64,000 nucleotides of DNA from Moniliella sp. 'wahieum' (taxonomy: Eukaryota), in NCBI GenBank assembly GCA_003971905.1, contig RSEE01000005.1, positions 868,001 through 932,000 of the forward strand. Direction: 5' to 3'. A program made the position numbers and the translations under genes. This document shows positions 1 to 13,048 of the stretch, one piece after another (the first letter of the stretch is position 1; each line of letters starts with the position of its first letter). A model generated the notes under the pieces. It was not told the DNA's origin and made no database searches. It worked only from the letters and a program-made list of their open reading frames with translations.

Positions 1-689
1 ACGTGAGGGATGATAATTTTGGCCTAGAAGTACAGAGAGTACTAGGCTGCTATACTGGAGAACACACACCAGCACAGATAATTATAAGACCACACAATCT
101 GTTCTGTTGTGTTGGGTTAGGCCATATTGCGAGACAGGGGGCGAGAGCCCCATTTCCTTTTCCCACCTCTCGCCCTCGCCATTGGAGTGTAGTATCCTGT
201 CTCTGACCCATGACCGCGCTGCTGCGCCTTCTCGTTAACCGCGTGACCGCGTGGAACCTCGTTCAGGTTCGACTATGATCGGTGGACATCCCAAAACGGG
301 TACTTCCTTCCTTGATGAGCATACAACAGTATAAAAAGGACAGCGGGCAAGATGCTTACGCACTGGAAGGATTTGACTACTGAATCTCAATGGAAATGGT
401 TCCTCACTCGGATGTTTACCACGTTCATCCGTGTCCACACGCGCTACCTCGGGTATGGGAATGGATGGCGGGCACCAGAGGGTCATGGTATCCTATAGCG
501 ATTCCCCTGCGGTTCCTTAACAGGGGTGGCGCTACCAAGCAACACGCAAGATGAACGGGTCGGTTTAGGAGTAGCGTTTTCCCGCCCCAGCCTTAAGGTC
601 TGTCAATGATATGTGGATGCAGAATAAAAGCACAGACACACAACAAGATCGATGTCCAGGGTACCCTGATCTTCTATTACCATATGGCA

Positions 690-1545
690 GGACCCACCAA
701 AAAGTGTGCAACCCTACTGCTCCCCGACCTGCACGTGACGGGGGGGCTGGCTGCGCCAACTATCGGGCATATGACAGAGTCGCGTCGACGCGTCCCTCCA
801 CTCCCTTAAAATGCCCCCTACCCGTGCTCACTGGGGGTGCCCCCATTGCCGCACCAACGACCACACTCGCGCACAGTGTTCCTTCAATCCACGCCGAGAG
901 TTGTGCCGCCCTGCCGTCGCCATGGCCACAAGGCTGCCGACTGCGGTAGTTTCGGGTTTGGGCTATTTGATGGATCCGAGCCGAGGAGAAGCCGGCGTGA
1001 AGCCGAGGCGGCCGCACGCGCGGAAAGGCTGTGTATGCGCCGGCTTGGGGGTAGTAACGTGTCTGAAGCCTCCGGAGCTTAGGGACGGGTAGATGCTGTG
1101 GAGGACAAAGACTGCCAGGGCTGAAGCTGGGCGGGGGCGGCTGTGGACGTAGCTGTGAAAGGAACCCACGCGATACGCTGAGGAAGGCTCGCGTGACTGG
1201 GCGGATGGAAAGCTGGAGGACGAGGTTGGATGATGAAGATGAGGCAGCTAAGTGGAGACGAGAGGTTGCCTGCATTACTCAATCAGTTGGCCGGAAACCG
1301 TCAGGAGTTGGACATGAAAGGTGGGAAAGGACGAGAATGGAAGGTGGGATAAAGGATCCCCACTGATCGAGGATGCTGACTGTTGGCTGACCCTGTTTTG
1401 GTAACCCCCTCCTGTCTAAGCCCCACCGGACTGGCATATAGATGTTGACAGAGCGAAGCAGAGACGAAGCTGCTAGAATGGTTCAGCTGCAAAGCAGTCT
1501 TCAGACAAGGCGTGAAGGTAATGTGGTGGGCCATAAGTCTTCAGG
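690..1545. mobile_element. Degenerate retroelement-derived repeat, left part of the interrupted host copy, containing a double CCHC zinc-knuckle remnant
   Basis: Reverse-complement match to ~24610-25050 and ~25325-25570. 1482-1545 matches ~38140-38200. Translation at 838-944 gives CPHCRTNDHTRAQC and, after a frameshift, CRPCRRHGHKAADC (CX2CX4HX4C). Confidence 0.75.
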
Positions 1546-3958
1546 TGTGACGGGCGAGCGCTGGCTGGCGGGCCAGCGGAGCTTACACCCCAGGGGCGGG
1601 CCCCCTGGCGGCGCCCGCCCATGACACAATGGACCGTCCGGGGTTCCCAAGGCAGGTCCTTAAGGTTCGTCGTTATCTAGGGCTGGACCCGTTCAAGCCT
1701 GCGCAAGTCGTATGCCGTTTTTCACCGTTTCCGTTTTTCCCCCTGTCGGGCAGACGTGCCCTCCCGTTTTTCACCCCAGTCCTTGAGCGCATCCTCCGTT
1801 TTCTGTCCGAGATGCCAAGGCGTTCTTTCCGTTTCCCGTTTCCCACTCTGTTGCGACGATGCCCTGGTTGGCCTTTCCCAATCGTTGCACCCCGATGGTT
1901 GCCCCGGCTTCCGATGGTTCTGTTGCTTGGCCAGCTTCTTGCCCTCGTCGCCGCTTCAAATTCGAATGGCTTTGAAACTTTATTCTCGGTTCGTTTATTT
2001 TTGTTTCTGGGTCGCGCCCGATAACGCGCCCGGATTTGTTCCCACCACCACCACCCGCACAATCAGCACCAGTCGGCGTACGGTTCCAGACGCTCGTGTC
2101 CACCCGGCTGCTCGGCCCACTTCCTGTGCAAGGTTCAACATCCCCGTTTCCCATTCCCGTCCCCGATGGACTACAACTCGTGCCTGGTCTGATCAACCGG
2201 CTTCGAGCCCAGGTTCCTCGTTTCCTAGTGAGGTCCAACCCTCGACCCCTCAACCCTTAGACGCTCGCGACGGTTTTCAACAGCTCAAGATGGAATTTTT
2301 TTTTCAGGATCTTCGTCTGCGACGTCAACCTCGGTTGCTCTATTCCTTCGTTCTCGATGGCTAATCTCTGATCCTCCTCGGAGAGGGAGGAGACCCAGGA
2401 GATGCGCGCGGACGCGCATAAGAAGGATGGGGCGTGGGAGAGCCGGTCGCCGTAAAGCATGGCGGCGGCTGAAAGCCCAATTACCGTGTTTAGCCTACCA
2501 AGTAGGCATGTGGACATGCCTTGTGAAGGGGAGCGTGATGTGACGGGCGAGCGCTGGCTGGCGGGCCAGCGGAGCGCACCGATCCCCTTCTAGTCCACCC
2601 CAAGCCCTTGTACTCGTGCGAGCGAAAGTTAGCAGGCGGGCCAACGAAGCTTGTACCCTCCCCCAAGTCCCAGAAGAGGCGAAAGCGTTTCTACCCCTCC
2701 GTCGCCCTGCTCCCAAGATGGCTTTGTCTCGCACCCCGACGCTCGAAGGAAGGAGGGGCGTGTGAGCAAGAACCTGTTTGAATGGCATGCCCAGCGACCG
2801 AAGGAAGGAGGGGCGTGCCGAGTATTCAAGTACCAAGTCCCCGTCCCAAGTTTGGTCCCCTCCCCCGTCGTTGGAAGAGAGAGAAGCCGCTTCCTGTAAG
2901 CGTGAGGACACACTTGGTGAAGAGGAGCGTGATGTCACGGGCCAAGGCGGGATGGCAAGCCCAGCGGCGCGTACGTGCGCCCTTCGCCATCCTAACCCCG
3001 TCCCAGGTTGAGCTCGCTCCCAAGTCTTATTCCAAGTCCACCGCGCGGTTGGCGCAAACGCCAGCGCGATTATCAAGTCTACGTATCCAGCGACAATAGT
3101 CGCCTTCCGCCTCAGTGAATTGAGAACCTCTCAGTTTCGTCGCTCCCCGCTCCCCCGTTATGTTTCTTGCGACGCTAGTCGCCCCGTGCTTATTGATCTT
3201 ACTTCTCTGCTCTGATAGTAACCCCGAGCGACGCTAGTCGCCCCATGCCTGTTTCCCTTACCTTTCTACGTCTCCCCTGTTCTCCCCTGTTCCCCATTCT
3301 TCCTCTGTTGCCTTGTTTCCCTTTTAGTCCCCCTGCCTGTTAGCAATGGTTCGTGGCTTTCCCCCACGGTCCATCTTCGTCTCCCCCCTTCGTCACCCTT
3401 GTCTTTCGCCCTTGTCTCCTCGCCTGTTCACCCCTTCACCTCCTGCCCGCTTCTCGCCAATTGATTCAGTACAGGCAACTCCTCCCGCTCTTAGTCGACG
3501 TACTACTCCCGGCGCAGATCGCCAGCCCTCGCCCTCGTCCTCGTCCTCGTCCTCAGCACTCAGTACTCGGAACTCAGTTCCCCTAGTCCGCGTGAGCCCT
3601 CCTCGTGCCACGCCTCGGTCCAGCCCAGTTAAGCCGCGTGTGATCTGGTTCCTCGCCACGCCGCTCCCAGTCTCAGTCCAGCCTCAGTCCAGCAGCATCG
3701 GTCCTCTGCTGCCTTCCCCTTCCCTGAGCCCGAAGGCTTCAGACACGCTACTGCCGCCCAAGCCGGTGCTACGCAGCCTTGCCACACTTGCAGCCGCCTC
3801 TGCTATACGCCGAGAGGCCTCTCCTTGTCCCTAGCTCCGCAGCGGACCCACCAACCAGCCCAAGCGCGTAACTACCGTGAGTCGTCCTTAGGACCCCAAG
3901 GGATTGTACCCCCAAACACCCTCTGGGGCGGCCACCCTGGCAGCGCCCGCCCGTGACA
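1546..3958 (+). mobile_element. Non-autonomous/degenerate LTR-retrotransposon-like insertion with a 5-bp target-site duplication
   Basis: Starts TGTGACGGGC and ends GCCCGTGACA (TG...CA inverted termini). Flanked by TCAGG at 1541-1545 and 3959-3963. Purine tracts GAAGGGGAGCGTGA and GAAGAGGAGCGTGA directly precede LTR-like starts at 2539 and 2933. No RT or integrase motifs seen. Confidence 0.8.
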
Positions 3959-4170
3959 TCAGGTAACTTCTGAAGGGAAGGAGACAGGAGAGAGAGAAGG
4001 GAGATGAAGCGAGCAGGGCGTGCGCGCCCTGCGAGCGGAACTCTTCCGCCCGGTTAAGTGAGCGTCACCGATCCACCGAGGGTCGTGCAAGGGAACCCCA
4101 GCCCCCCCCCCAACAGAAGCAAGCGAGGCTGCGAAGGCACTAATAATATCATCCGATAGCACTTCCTCGT
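3959..4170. repeat. Right part of the interrupted host repeat
   Basis: Close match to ~38205-38350 (same strand) and ~24395-24580 (reverse complement). Confidence 0.85.
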
Positions 4171-4280
4171 ATTATATGCACTACTAAGGAGACTACCGGG
4201 CCTACATCCTGGCTTGGGTGCTGTGGGCGACCGTACCACCACGCAAGTTTCAAGGGGCGAAGAGGGAAAAACAAAAGGGA

Positions 4281-4379
4281 TGTCGTGTCCCGGGATCGAA
4301 CCGGGGACCTTGAGGAATCCAAGGATCTTCCATTGAAGGGGACTTCAATCTCACGCTCTCCCATCTGAGCTAACCCGAC
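4281..4379 (-). tRNA. tRNA-Phe(GAA) with ~26-nt intron
   Basis: Minus strand reads GTCGGGT TA GCTCAGATGGGAGAGC G TGAGA TT GAA G [intron] ... CCCGG TTCGATC CCGGG ACACGAC A. T-rich terminator downstream. One mismatch each in the acceptor and anticodon stems. Confidence 0.85.
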
Positions 4380-4743
4380 AAGTGATATTTGGTTGAGTGG
4401 GTTTAGAAGAAAGGAATGTGGCCTACAGCAACGTGCATGTTACTTCTTCAGTCTAACATTCTGTTCCTTGCTCGTTTCAGAGGGTGCTGGCATCAAATGC
4501 CCATGGTTCTCGAAGTCATGCCATGCGACGGGTCACATACAGATACTCATCGTCTGTGCATATGACCCTGTTGGGACCCGTGGTCCCGTACTTAGGCCAA
4601 GGCGCCTCATCACCCTTCACCCCTGATTTGTCCTCCGAAGCCTCCACGTGTATACTCAGGCTTGTCTGAACCCCTGTCTCTAGGTGTGGCACAAGGCTTG
4701 GACAGGAACCACCACCATCGCGATTGCATTGCTCTACATTTCC

Positions 4744-4827
4744 AGAGGTTCTTCACCCAATCCCTTGGGTTCCTCCGGTCTTACAAGAGGTTCTTCACCC
4801 AATCCCTTGGGTTCCTCCGGTCTTACA
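4744..4827. repeat. Perfect 42-bp tandem duplication
   Basis: AGAGGTTCTTCACCCAATCCCTTGGGTTCCTCCGGTCTTACA occurs twice. Confidence 0.95.
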
Positions 4828-6458
4828 GACCCTGTTCAGAGCTTCCTTGATCCTCTTTTGTGTCCCTTCTAGCTGCTCTCATGCGCGCGTTGAACGTTGA
4901 TTTTTATCTCGTGTGATTGATGATTACTCCTCCTTTCCCTCTGGAGGCTTTTTGTCCTTGCACGAGTCTTCGGCACATGTGTGAACACGCAAGAAGGAAT
5001 ATAGGAGCGGCCCCATCTGCCACTACAGGCCCCCGGTAACATCAAAAGGTTCTCTTTCTCATCTTCGATCTTCGATCTCACGATCCCATTAACATGCTGT
5101 TGTGCCAAACGGCTGGCACTAGCCACTTGTGTCTAGTCCGAGCACGGAGTGACGGCTACTATTACACTGAGAGTATACTGAGTACGAGCATTGAAAGAGT
5201 ACCGTATCGAGTGATATGGCCACACCGATCTGGTGTGCATATGAATATGGTGCGTCGATGCGATCGATGAGACGAGTCTTCCAAAACCCCCCGGTAACAC
5301 GCTAACGCTAAAAACCCGGAGCGTCGGCAACACGGGCATTGGTAAAACCGGTAACGCGACGGAGGGCAACGAAGACCCTCCGGACCCTCACCCTTTTCGA
5401 TGTGTGATTCGTGCATGCTTCTCTATTCACGCACGAGAGAAAGATGGAGAAGGACTAGATGTGTTTTGGTTCCGGAGGCAGATCGGCGAGGGCAAGAGGC
5501 TCTCTGGGATTACGTGTGGGACTGGGCAAATGTTGGCGTTGCATATGATGAGAATGCACTAGGATGCACTACGTAGCCAAGCCATGTCACACGTGTCAGA
5601 TCCCACATGTCGCACACACGCACATCACATGCATCACATGTCACATGTCACACACTGCGATCCATGGCGCATGGCGCATGGCGCATGATGCATGACGTCC
5701 CATGGATCCTCCCCTGCCTCCCTCGGCTCGATGATGGATCGAACCACATCAATTAGACTTGTGCAGCTTGAGGCCGGCCTGAGGGAGGAGGCATGCTGGC
5801 GTTCGGGCAGGTTTCTGTCCCAGGCCGAGCGCGCTGGGCGGCTGAGCTGAGTGTGTTGAGCGTGTTGAGTCCGAGCTGCTGCGCTGCTGATCGATCGGAT
5901 TCGATGCTGGGCGGAAGGATCTGTGGATGGATGAATGGATGGATGGGTGATGCCGATGATGCTGGTGGGTGACCAGTGACCCAGGCTGTACAGGCCCATT
6001 GCCGGGGGCTGCCAGAGGGCTGCTAGTGGGCCGCCACTTGTGGCTTGCCCTGGGTGGGCGCGGGGGCAGTGGGGCGGCGAGTCCACGTGATGGATCCGCC
6101 TTTTTGTATGAAACAGAGTGGAGCTCTGTTCGGCGATCGGTGGGGCGGATGGTGCATGATGCGTGACGCCTGGGCCTCTGGGCGCATGCCTGTGTCTTAT
6201 GCGCCCTCCCCCGGCGCGCACCACACCAGAGAACGACGGGCATCCCAGCACAGCCGCCAGGAGCGGCGAGCGCCTATGGTCCCCCGGCCGAGGAAAGCCG
6301 TCCAACGCATGTGTTTTCAGTGAGTCTGGCGTCTCTTCTGCCGCGTGTGGGCGCCCCCTCTCGTTGCCTGTACGTGTCCTCTTGGTTCATAAATACCGTC
6401 TCCTCTTCCTTCTCCTCCTCCTGCCTCCCCCGCCAGCTCCTTCGCCTTTCCGACCACT

Positions 6459-7363
6459 ATGCTCCCCGCAACGATCCTTACCTTCCTTGGCCTGGGCGCC
6501 TCTGCTACGCTTGCGCGGCCCTTCATTGAGCCTCGCCAGAATGCGTCCTTCCAGTCAGGCACGACGGACCTGCCCTTCCCCAAGAGCTACTACGATCAGG
6601 CCGCTGCCTTGGTGCAGCAGACCTACTGCAACCCCTCCCTTGATACGACCGGCCTGCAAATCGGCGATGCTGTGCTGCTCAACACCACCGGCGACGGCAA
6701 CACCGAGCAACGGGTCAACATTTACTACTCGCAGTCTCTCGGCATCAGCGCCGCCTACATGGGTACCAACATTTCTTCTCTCCTCTCCATCTGGAAAGAC
6801 GTGGACTTTGTTTGGTCCTTGCCCGATTCGGAACTTAACCTCCCCCTGGGTGCGCTGGTCGACCAAGGCTTCCAAAGCGCCTGGAAGCAGACCTGGTCCA
6901 CCGTCCAAGAGATGGTCGGTGCCGCCAAGGACACCTACCCTCGGCCGACTTGACCATTATTGGCCACAGTCTTGGTGCGGCAGCTGCCACATTTGCCTTG
7001 CTTGCGTACGGAGACGAGGTGACGCGGATGATCACATTTGGCCAGCCGCGGGTAGGGAATAAGGTGGTGGCCGATGCGGTTGACGATCGGTTTGCCGGCA
7101 AGGTCAGCCGTATGACCAATGGCACGACTGGGTGCCGCACGTGGTGCCCCGCATCGTCGGCGCCCAGCACTTTAGTGGTGAGGTGTGGCAGAGCCAGGCT
7201 AACGACTCGTCCTCTGCCCTCTTCTACCCCGGTCAGGAGAACATCCACGGCGGTGACTCGGTTCTTCCCCCCGCTCAACTTTGACAACCACCAAGGATAC
7301 TACTTTGGAACTCAGATCGGCGCCTTCCAGGGCAACTGCCCGGCGATTGTCGGCCATCCCTAA
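6459..7363 (+). CDS. Secreted class-3 lipase (frameshifted in this sequence)
   Basis: Signal peptide MLPATILTFLGLGASATLA, AYMGT, VDQGFQSAW, catalytic IGHSLGAA, TFGQPRVGN and C-terminal HQGYYFG, spread over ORFs 6459-6953 and 6950-7363. Confidence 0.88.
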
Positions 7364-8146
7364 AAACCGCTCCGTCTTGCCCTGTCCTGCTCTGCCCTGC
7401 GTCTGTGATCGTCCCCGGTCATTGGACTCCCTCTCAGGTCTCACCTCTCTTCTTTTTCCTTTCTGTAATCGGGCCCATTCATTCAACTACCCCCTACTTA
7501 TTTCTATTTCCTTCTTTTTGGGCTTCCGACTCGTCGCTCGCTCCTACTTTTCTCAAAAAATCTTCTTCTTCCCTCCATCTGCCTGGCTACCTCTGACTAC
7601 TATCCATGCGAACCTGTTCTTTCCGACATGGGCGTGCACGGGAGGCCTCACAATGCAATATGCTATTCTGTGTTGTTCTTCGTTTTACACCATGGTATAA
7701 TGCTTTGAACATATGGGCCAAGCGAATCTGATTCGGCGGCTGGCTTTGGACGGAGTCAGTTACCTGTGTACCCAGAACAGTCTCCAAGAACGTGCTTGAA
7801 GCTTGATGTTGCGAGTGGAGGGGGGACGGGCTGATCTAATAATATAGAGTGCTGGAGAAACGGATGGCCGATGATCTGAACTGCCGCGTGTGGGCGTTGG
7901 AATGGGCTTGTTCAGATGAACAGGAGGGCCCAAAGCCATGGAAGGAGAGACCCGATGAGCAGGGCACAGGGCGGCGGTGTGTTGCAAGGTGGTTGGTGGC
8001 ACACAGAGGCCCGGGAACCAGACTAGCAGCCCTAGAGGACAGCCAGGCCGAGGGACGCTGCGTATGTGGGGGGGAGAAGGACAGTTACAACGGTGCGACC
8101 GCCCGTGGCGGCTGGAGGATGGCGGCTGAGCTGACCACCGACTCTG

Positions 8147-11100
8147 GTGGGTGCGGATGGCCAGGGGGGTCGCTCTGGGGCCGCTCGGCGGCGGGACTTG
8201 TGGCTACGTTCGCTCGCAACTCGCAGCGGCGGGCTCCTTCGGGCGGCGCAGGATAGGGTTGTGCAGGAACACTGCCCCCGTGGCCCGCCGAACGCCGTCG
8301 AGGGCGGAAGACGGCAGCGGGTGGGGCTGGCTGGCGCGGGGCTGCAAGGGCCAACCACACCACCACCTGCCTCCTCTCGGCGCCTCGTCTGCTCTGCTGC
8401 GCCGCTGGGCCATGCGAGCACCATGAAGTCCTGCCGGCTGCTCCGTGGCAGGCACATCCGCATGCGCGCTCCGCCACCGCCACCGCCACCGCCACCGCCT
8501 TCCTCTGCCTCCTCCTCGCCCTCTGTGCTTCCGCCGCCACCGCCGCCACCGCCTCGGCCCCCGCCCTCCTCCCGTCCCGTCCCGCCCTGCGCCGCTCCCC
8601 TCCCCCCGCCCCCCCCCCGATGCCCTCTCCCCTCCGACCCACTCAGCCTGCTGCCCACCGCACTCGTCGCATGCACTGACGGCTCCCTCCACGGCGTCGA
8701 CCGCACCTCGGGCCGTGTCCGCTGGTCCCTCGGCTGCGGCGCCTCCTGGCCCGACACCTCCTCCGACGCCATGGGCCAGCAAGAGGAGTGTCTTCCCTTC
8801 CGCCCGGTCGTTAGTGCTACCTATGGCCCCGACCGCCTATCGCTCGCACAGATGCTCGCTCAGTCTTCCCATACTGAGTTGAGCATCTACTTGGTCGAAC
8901 CCTCGGCCCAGGGCGCACTCTACGTGCTTTCCGGCTCTCCTAGCGAGCTTCTTTCCCATCCCCTTTCTTCCTCTTCCCCCCAGGACGGTTCTCCTGCGAC
9001 CCTGGTTAAGCTTCCGCTCACACTCCCGCAGCGCGTTTCTCTCTCCCCCTTCACATTCCCTGGGACGACAGCCGCGTGTTTGTGGGGAGCAAGCAAGCTC
9101 GCCTCGTCGAAGTCAACGTCCGCACAGGTGCGATCCGCAGCATGTTGGCGACACAGCGTCGATGGCCAACGTGAGCGAGCCAAGTGAGTGGGACTGGCCC
9201 AACGACCCGAGCCCAGAGCAGGACGAAAATAAGGATGTGTGGGCCCTGATTGGCAGGACCGACTACACGTTGGCCGTCCACGCCAAACATGATCCGAGCT
9301 TGTCCCAAACGCTGCATCTCAGTCTCTACTCACCCAATTTAGCTGACCGGGATGTCCTGGCTGCGTGGAACACCCAAACCTATCCCGACGCTCGCCGCAT
9401 CATGGTCCTTCCCGACGAAGGCAGCCTGATCTGCCTCAAACATCAGTTCCCGATTCCCATCCAGCTCAGCCGCCAGAGGATCTCGGTTCCGTCTCCGAGC
9501 CAGACACGTGGCCGACCGACGAGGAGACCCGGCCTTCGCACCAGACCCTCTGGACCAGCTCCATGGGCGCAAGTGTGGCTTCAGTCTTTGACTTTGTCCA
9601 GTCCATGGGAGGGCAAGATGACGAGGACCCCTCTGCTAGGCGTCGTCCAGTCCTTGTTCCCACCCAGTTTTGCGTCTGGGCGAACTGTTTCATGATGCGA
9701 GCTACACGGAACTTGGCCAGTCGGAGGCTGACTTGGACTTTGGTGCGGACACCTACGTGGGAGCGTCCGATGGGTCCTTGTTTGCCATGAGCTCGATGCG
9801 CTATCCCCTTGCCGCTCTTGGCCCGCCTGCCTCCAGCCTCGTCCGAGTGCCATGGACTGCAGTGCATGATTGGGAGCTACCAAAGCCACAGCCCCTCGGG
9901 CAGTCCTGGTTCAATCGACCCTTTCCTGCCCTTTTGGTTTGATTCCCCGCTCGGGATCGATGGCCCATCCTCTGCCCCTTGGGATTCAACTCGTGTACCC
10001 ACCATTGAGGCTCCACAGAACAATGCCTCCGCGTCGGAACCACCACCCAGCCGCCTTAACTCAAGTCGGCTTAGTGAGCATTACTTTCTTCACTATTTGA
10101 GGCCGCCCCCATTTGGGCTTTCACAGCAGCCTTTGGCCTCATGGCTGTGGCACTCTTCTTTGTCGGTTTCCGTTGGCGTTCCCAGCGTTCTTCTTCCGCC
10201 TCTTCCGCGTCCATGCCAACCGAGCCTAGTGCTTCGAGCGTTGCACAGCCTCTGCAGGAACCGCACACTACACCCACTCCCAATGCTAAATCTGCAGCGG
10301 TGCCACCTGGGTCTGAAAAGCCTCGCCAACAATGAGCCAGCTGCTCCTTTGGTAAAATCCACCCGGCTCTCCCCGTTCCGCAATCGTCCCCTGCGAAACT
10401 CACGGACAACGGCGCATCGAGCCCCTCCCGTCGCCCAGCGCGCCAGAGTGGGTTTCTGATTGGAATGCCAACGCTCAGCAATTCCGTGCGGGTTTGGCAG
10501 CTACAACAGTTGATCCCGATCCCGCTGGAGGGGGCGTGGTCAGCTCGGCGGCGCCATCCAACGATCTGGCGCCACCTGTCGTGCCTAAGCCCAAGAAGAA
10601 GAGGCGAGGCAAACGTGCAGGACAACAAGTGGCCGCCAAAGCGGCCCGAGCCGAGCGGATTGCCGCGGCCGAGGCTGAGGTGAAGACGACCGAGGCGGTT
10701 CCGGAAGATGGGTACTTCACCAGTCACCACCGCTGGTGTCCGAGTTGCTTGTCCGTCCCACTGCATCTGAGTCAACATTGCTGCAAGCACCGCTTGCGCT
10801 CGATCCTAACGGGACAGAGGAATTGGAAGATCAGTCTCCCGACCTTGTCTGGGTCTTCCTGCTCGATCCGGTACTCCCCCGCTTCACCCGATGCCGATTC
10901 GACCATCGCCCGCTCACCTTCTGCCCATACCCCCAGTGGTTCTCCACGAAACTCAAGGTGGACTTGACCAAACTGGCTACCTCGTCTGCTGATGGGATGG
11001 CTGTGGAGGAGCTTGCACTGGCCAGTCCAAGACGGGACGCTGGTGCTCGTATGGTAGAGGAACACCTGTTTGCTCTTGATGGAAAAGGTCAGGTGTTGCA

Positions 11101-12538
11101 CAATGCGGCGCTCACAGCACGAACCTCGTCGCTGGTCATTTCGGATGAGGTGCTTGGTACGTTCAGCCCTTCCTCCCTTCCTTGTAGGCTTTTCCATGTG
11201 CTGACCTTGGTTTTCAGGCTATGGTTCATCCGGTACGGTTGTTTTCAAGGGCACCTTCCAAGGCCGGGCGGTGGCTGTGAAGCGGCTGTTGAAAGATTTT
11301 ACTCGTATTGCGTCCAAGGAGGTTCATCTCCTTGAGAGTGCCGACGACCATCCCAACGTGGTCAGGTACTATTATCAAGAGGTGATGATAGCTTCCTTTA
11401 CATTGCCCTCGAGCTGTGTCAGGCGACCTTGGCCGAGGTGGAGCATCCCGGGCCTGGTGCATACCAAGAACTGGTGGTTGCTGCAGCCCAAATCGGCGCT
11501 TGAGCAAATTGCACAAGGGCTCCAGCACCTTCATGGTCTTTCCATTGTGCACCGCGATCTCAAGCCGCAGAACATTCTTGTCAACCATTGCGCCTCCGGC
11601 GCGGTCGAGCAAGTATGTGGCTGTGGCCAACCGAAAGCCGCGGCTCAAGATGTTGCTCTCCGACTTTGGCCTGAGCAAGAAGCTGGATGGAGTGGCCCAG
11701 AGCAGTTTCAGCCAGACCGTAAACCATCCCGCTGGGACGGTAGGCTGGCGTGCGCCTGAGATTCTACGCGGCGAGTGAGTCTCGAGTCGGGAGCCGAGTC
11801 GACGGGACGTGTCGGTTGAGCTAAAGCCGGCTGGAACGGCGGCCGAGCGCGGGGAAGAACGACGCCGGTTGACACGGGCCGTGGATGTGTTTGCGTATGG
11901 GTGCATTGCCTACTACGTCTTATCCAATGGCCAGCATCCCTTTGGCTCGCGGTTCGAGCGCGAGCTGAATGTCCTGCGCGGCGAGCACGACCTCAGTTAC
12001 CTGGGCAGTCTGGGCGAAGAAGGGTTAGAAGCCCGTCATTTGATTTTGGGGTGCATCTGCCCCGATCCGGCGCGTCGTCCTACCGCCGCCGAAGTGTTGC
12101 TGCACCCGTACTTTTGGACGCGCAGAAACGTCTCCAGTTCCTGCTTCAAAGCAGTGACGCGTTTGATACGCTCGAGCGCGATCCGCCGGCGCCCGCTTTG
12201 CTTGCCCTCGAACGGCGCGCGACCGACGTGCTAGGCGCACCGGGATGGACCAAACGCGTCGACGCGTTGTTCGTGGCCGACCTGGGCAAGTTCCGCTCGT
12301 ACGACCCCCACAAGGTGCAAGATTTGTTGCGTGCAATGCGCAACAAGGCGCACCATTACCAAGACATGAGTCCCCGGCTGCAGCATTCTTGGCTCGTTGC
12401 CCGATGGCTTCCTGCTCTCTACTTACCCATCGCTTCCCCAAACTCTTCTTCACGTCTATTCCGTCATCTCGTCCAACCTTTCCTCCGCTCCGAGTCCCGC
12501 TTCCGATCTTTCTCGATGGTGGTCCGAACGATGTGTAA
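8147..12538 (+). CDS. IRE1: Bifunctional Ser/Thr kinase/endoribonuclease Ire1 (start uncertain, several frameshifts, intron ~11158-11217)
   Basis: Luminal motifs TDGSLHGVDRTSGRVRWSL and IGRTDYTL. Kinase motifs GYGSSGTVVFKGTFQGRAVAVKRLL, HRDLKPQNILV, SDFGLSKKLD and GTVGWRAPEIL. KEN RNase motif DLLRAMRNKAHHY. Confidence 0.95.
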
Positions 12539-13048
12539 CACGATCCCATGCTGCTGTGTGCAGCTACACTCTGCCCCTGTCTTGTCTTTTCTCTGACCCA
12601 CTCCCGCTTCCGCTCCCGCTCCCGCCCCCCCCCCCCTCCCTTGCTTCCCTTCCCTCCCAAGACACGTCCGGATCGATTCTCCTCACATACACGCCTCTCT
12701 TGTCATGGCAGCGCTTCCCTCGTCTGTCACTGGATTGGCCCCCCGTTTGCTATTTACGCCTCTCCATGTACCACCATCCGTCGGGAAAAAAAGATCATTT
12801 GCCGCTACTCATCGCCTCCATCTGGACAGCCACACTCTTGATGGAGAAAGAAACTGCATCGTCTTCGAAGCTGCGGGGACGACACTAGAGAGGCCCAAAT
12901 GACCCTCGTCACCACGTGTGGTTTGATGTCGGTCCCTCCTGGGAAAGGTAAAACTGAGTAGCATACTAGTGAATGGTGCGGTGCCGCAAGCAGGATGCGC
13001 GGGGGTGAGAGAGAGCGAGCGCAAGCAAAAAAATGGGCAGTCATAGTT

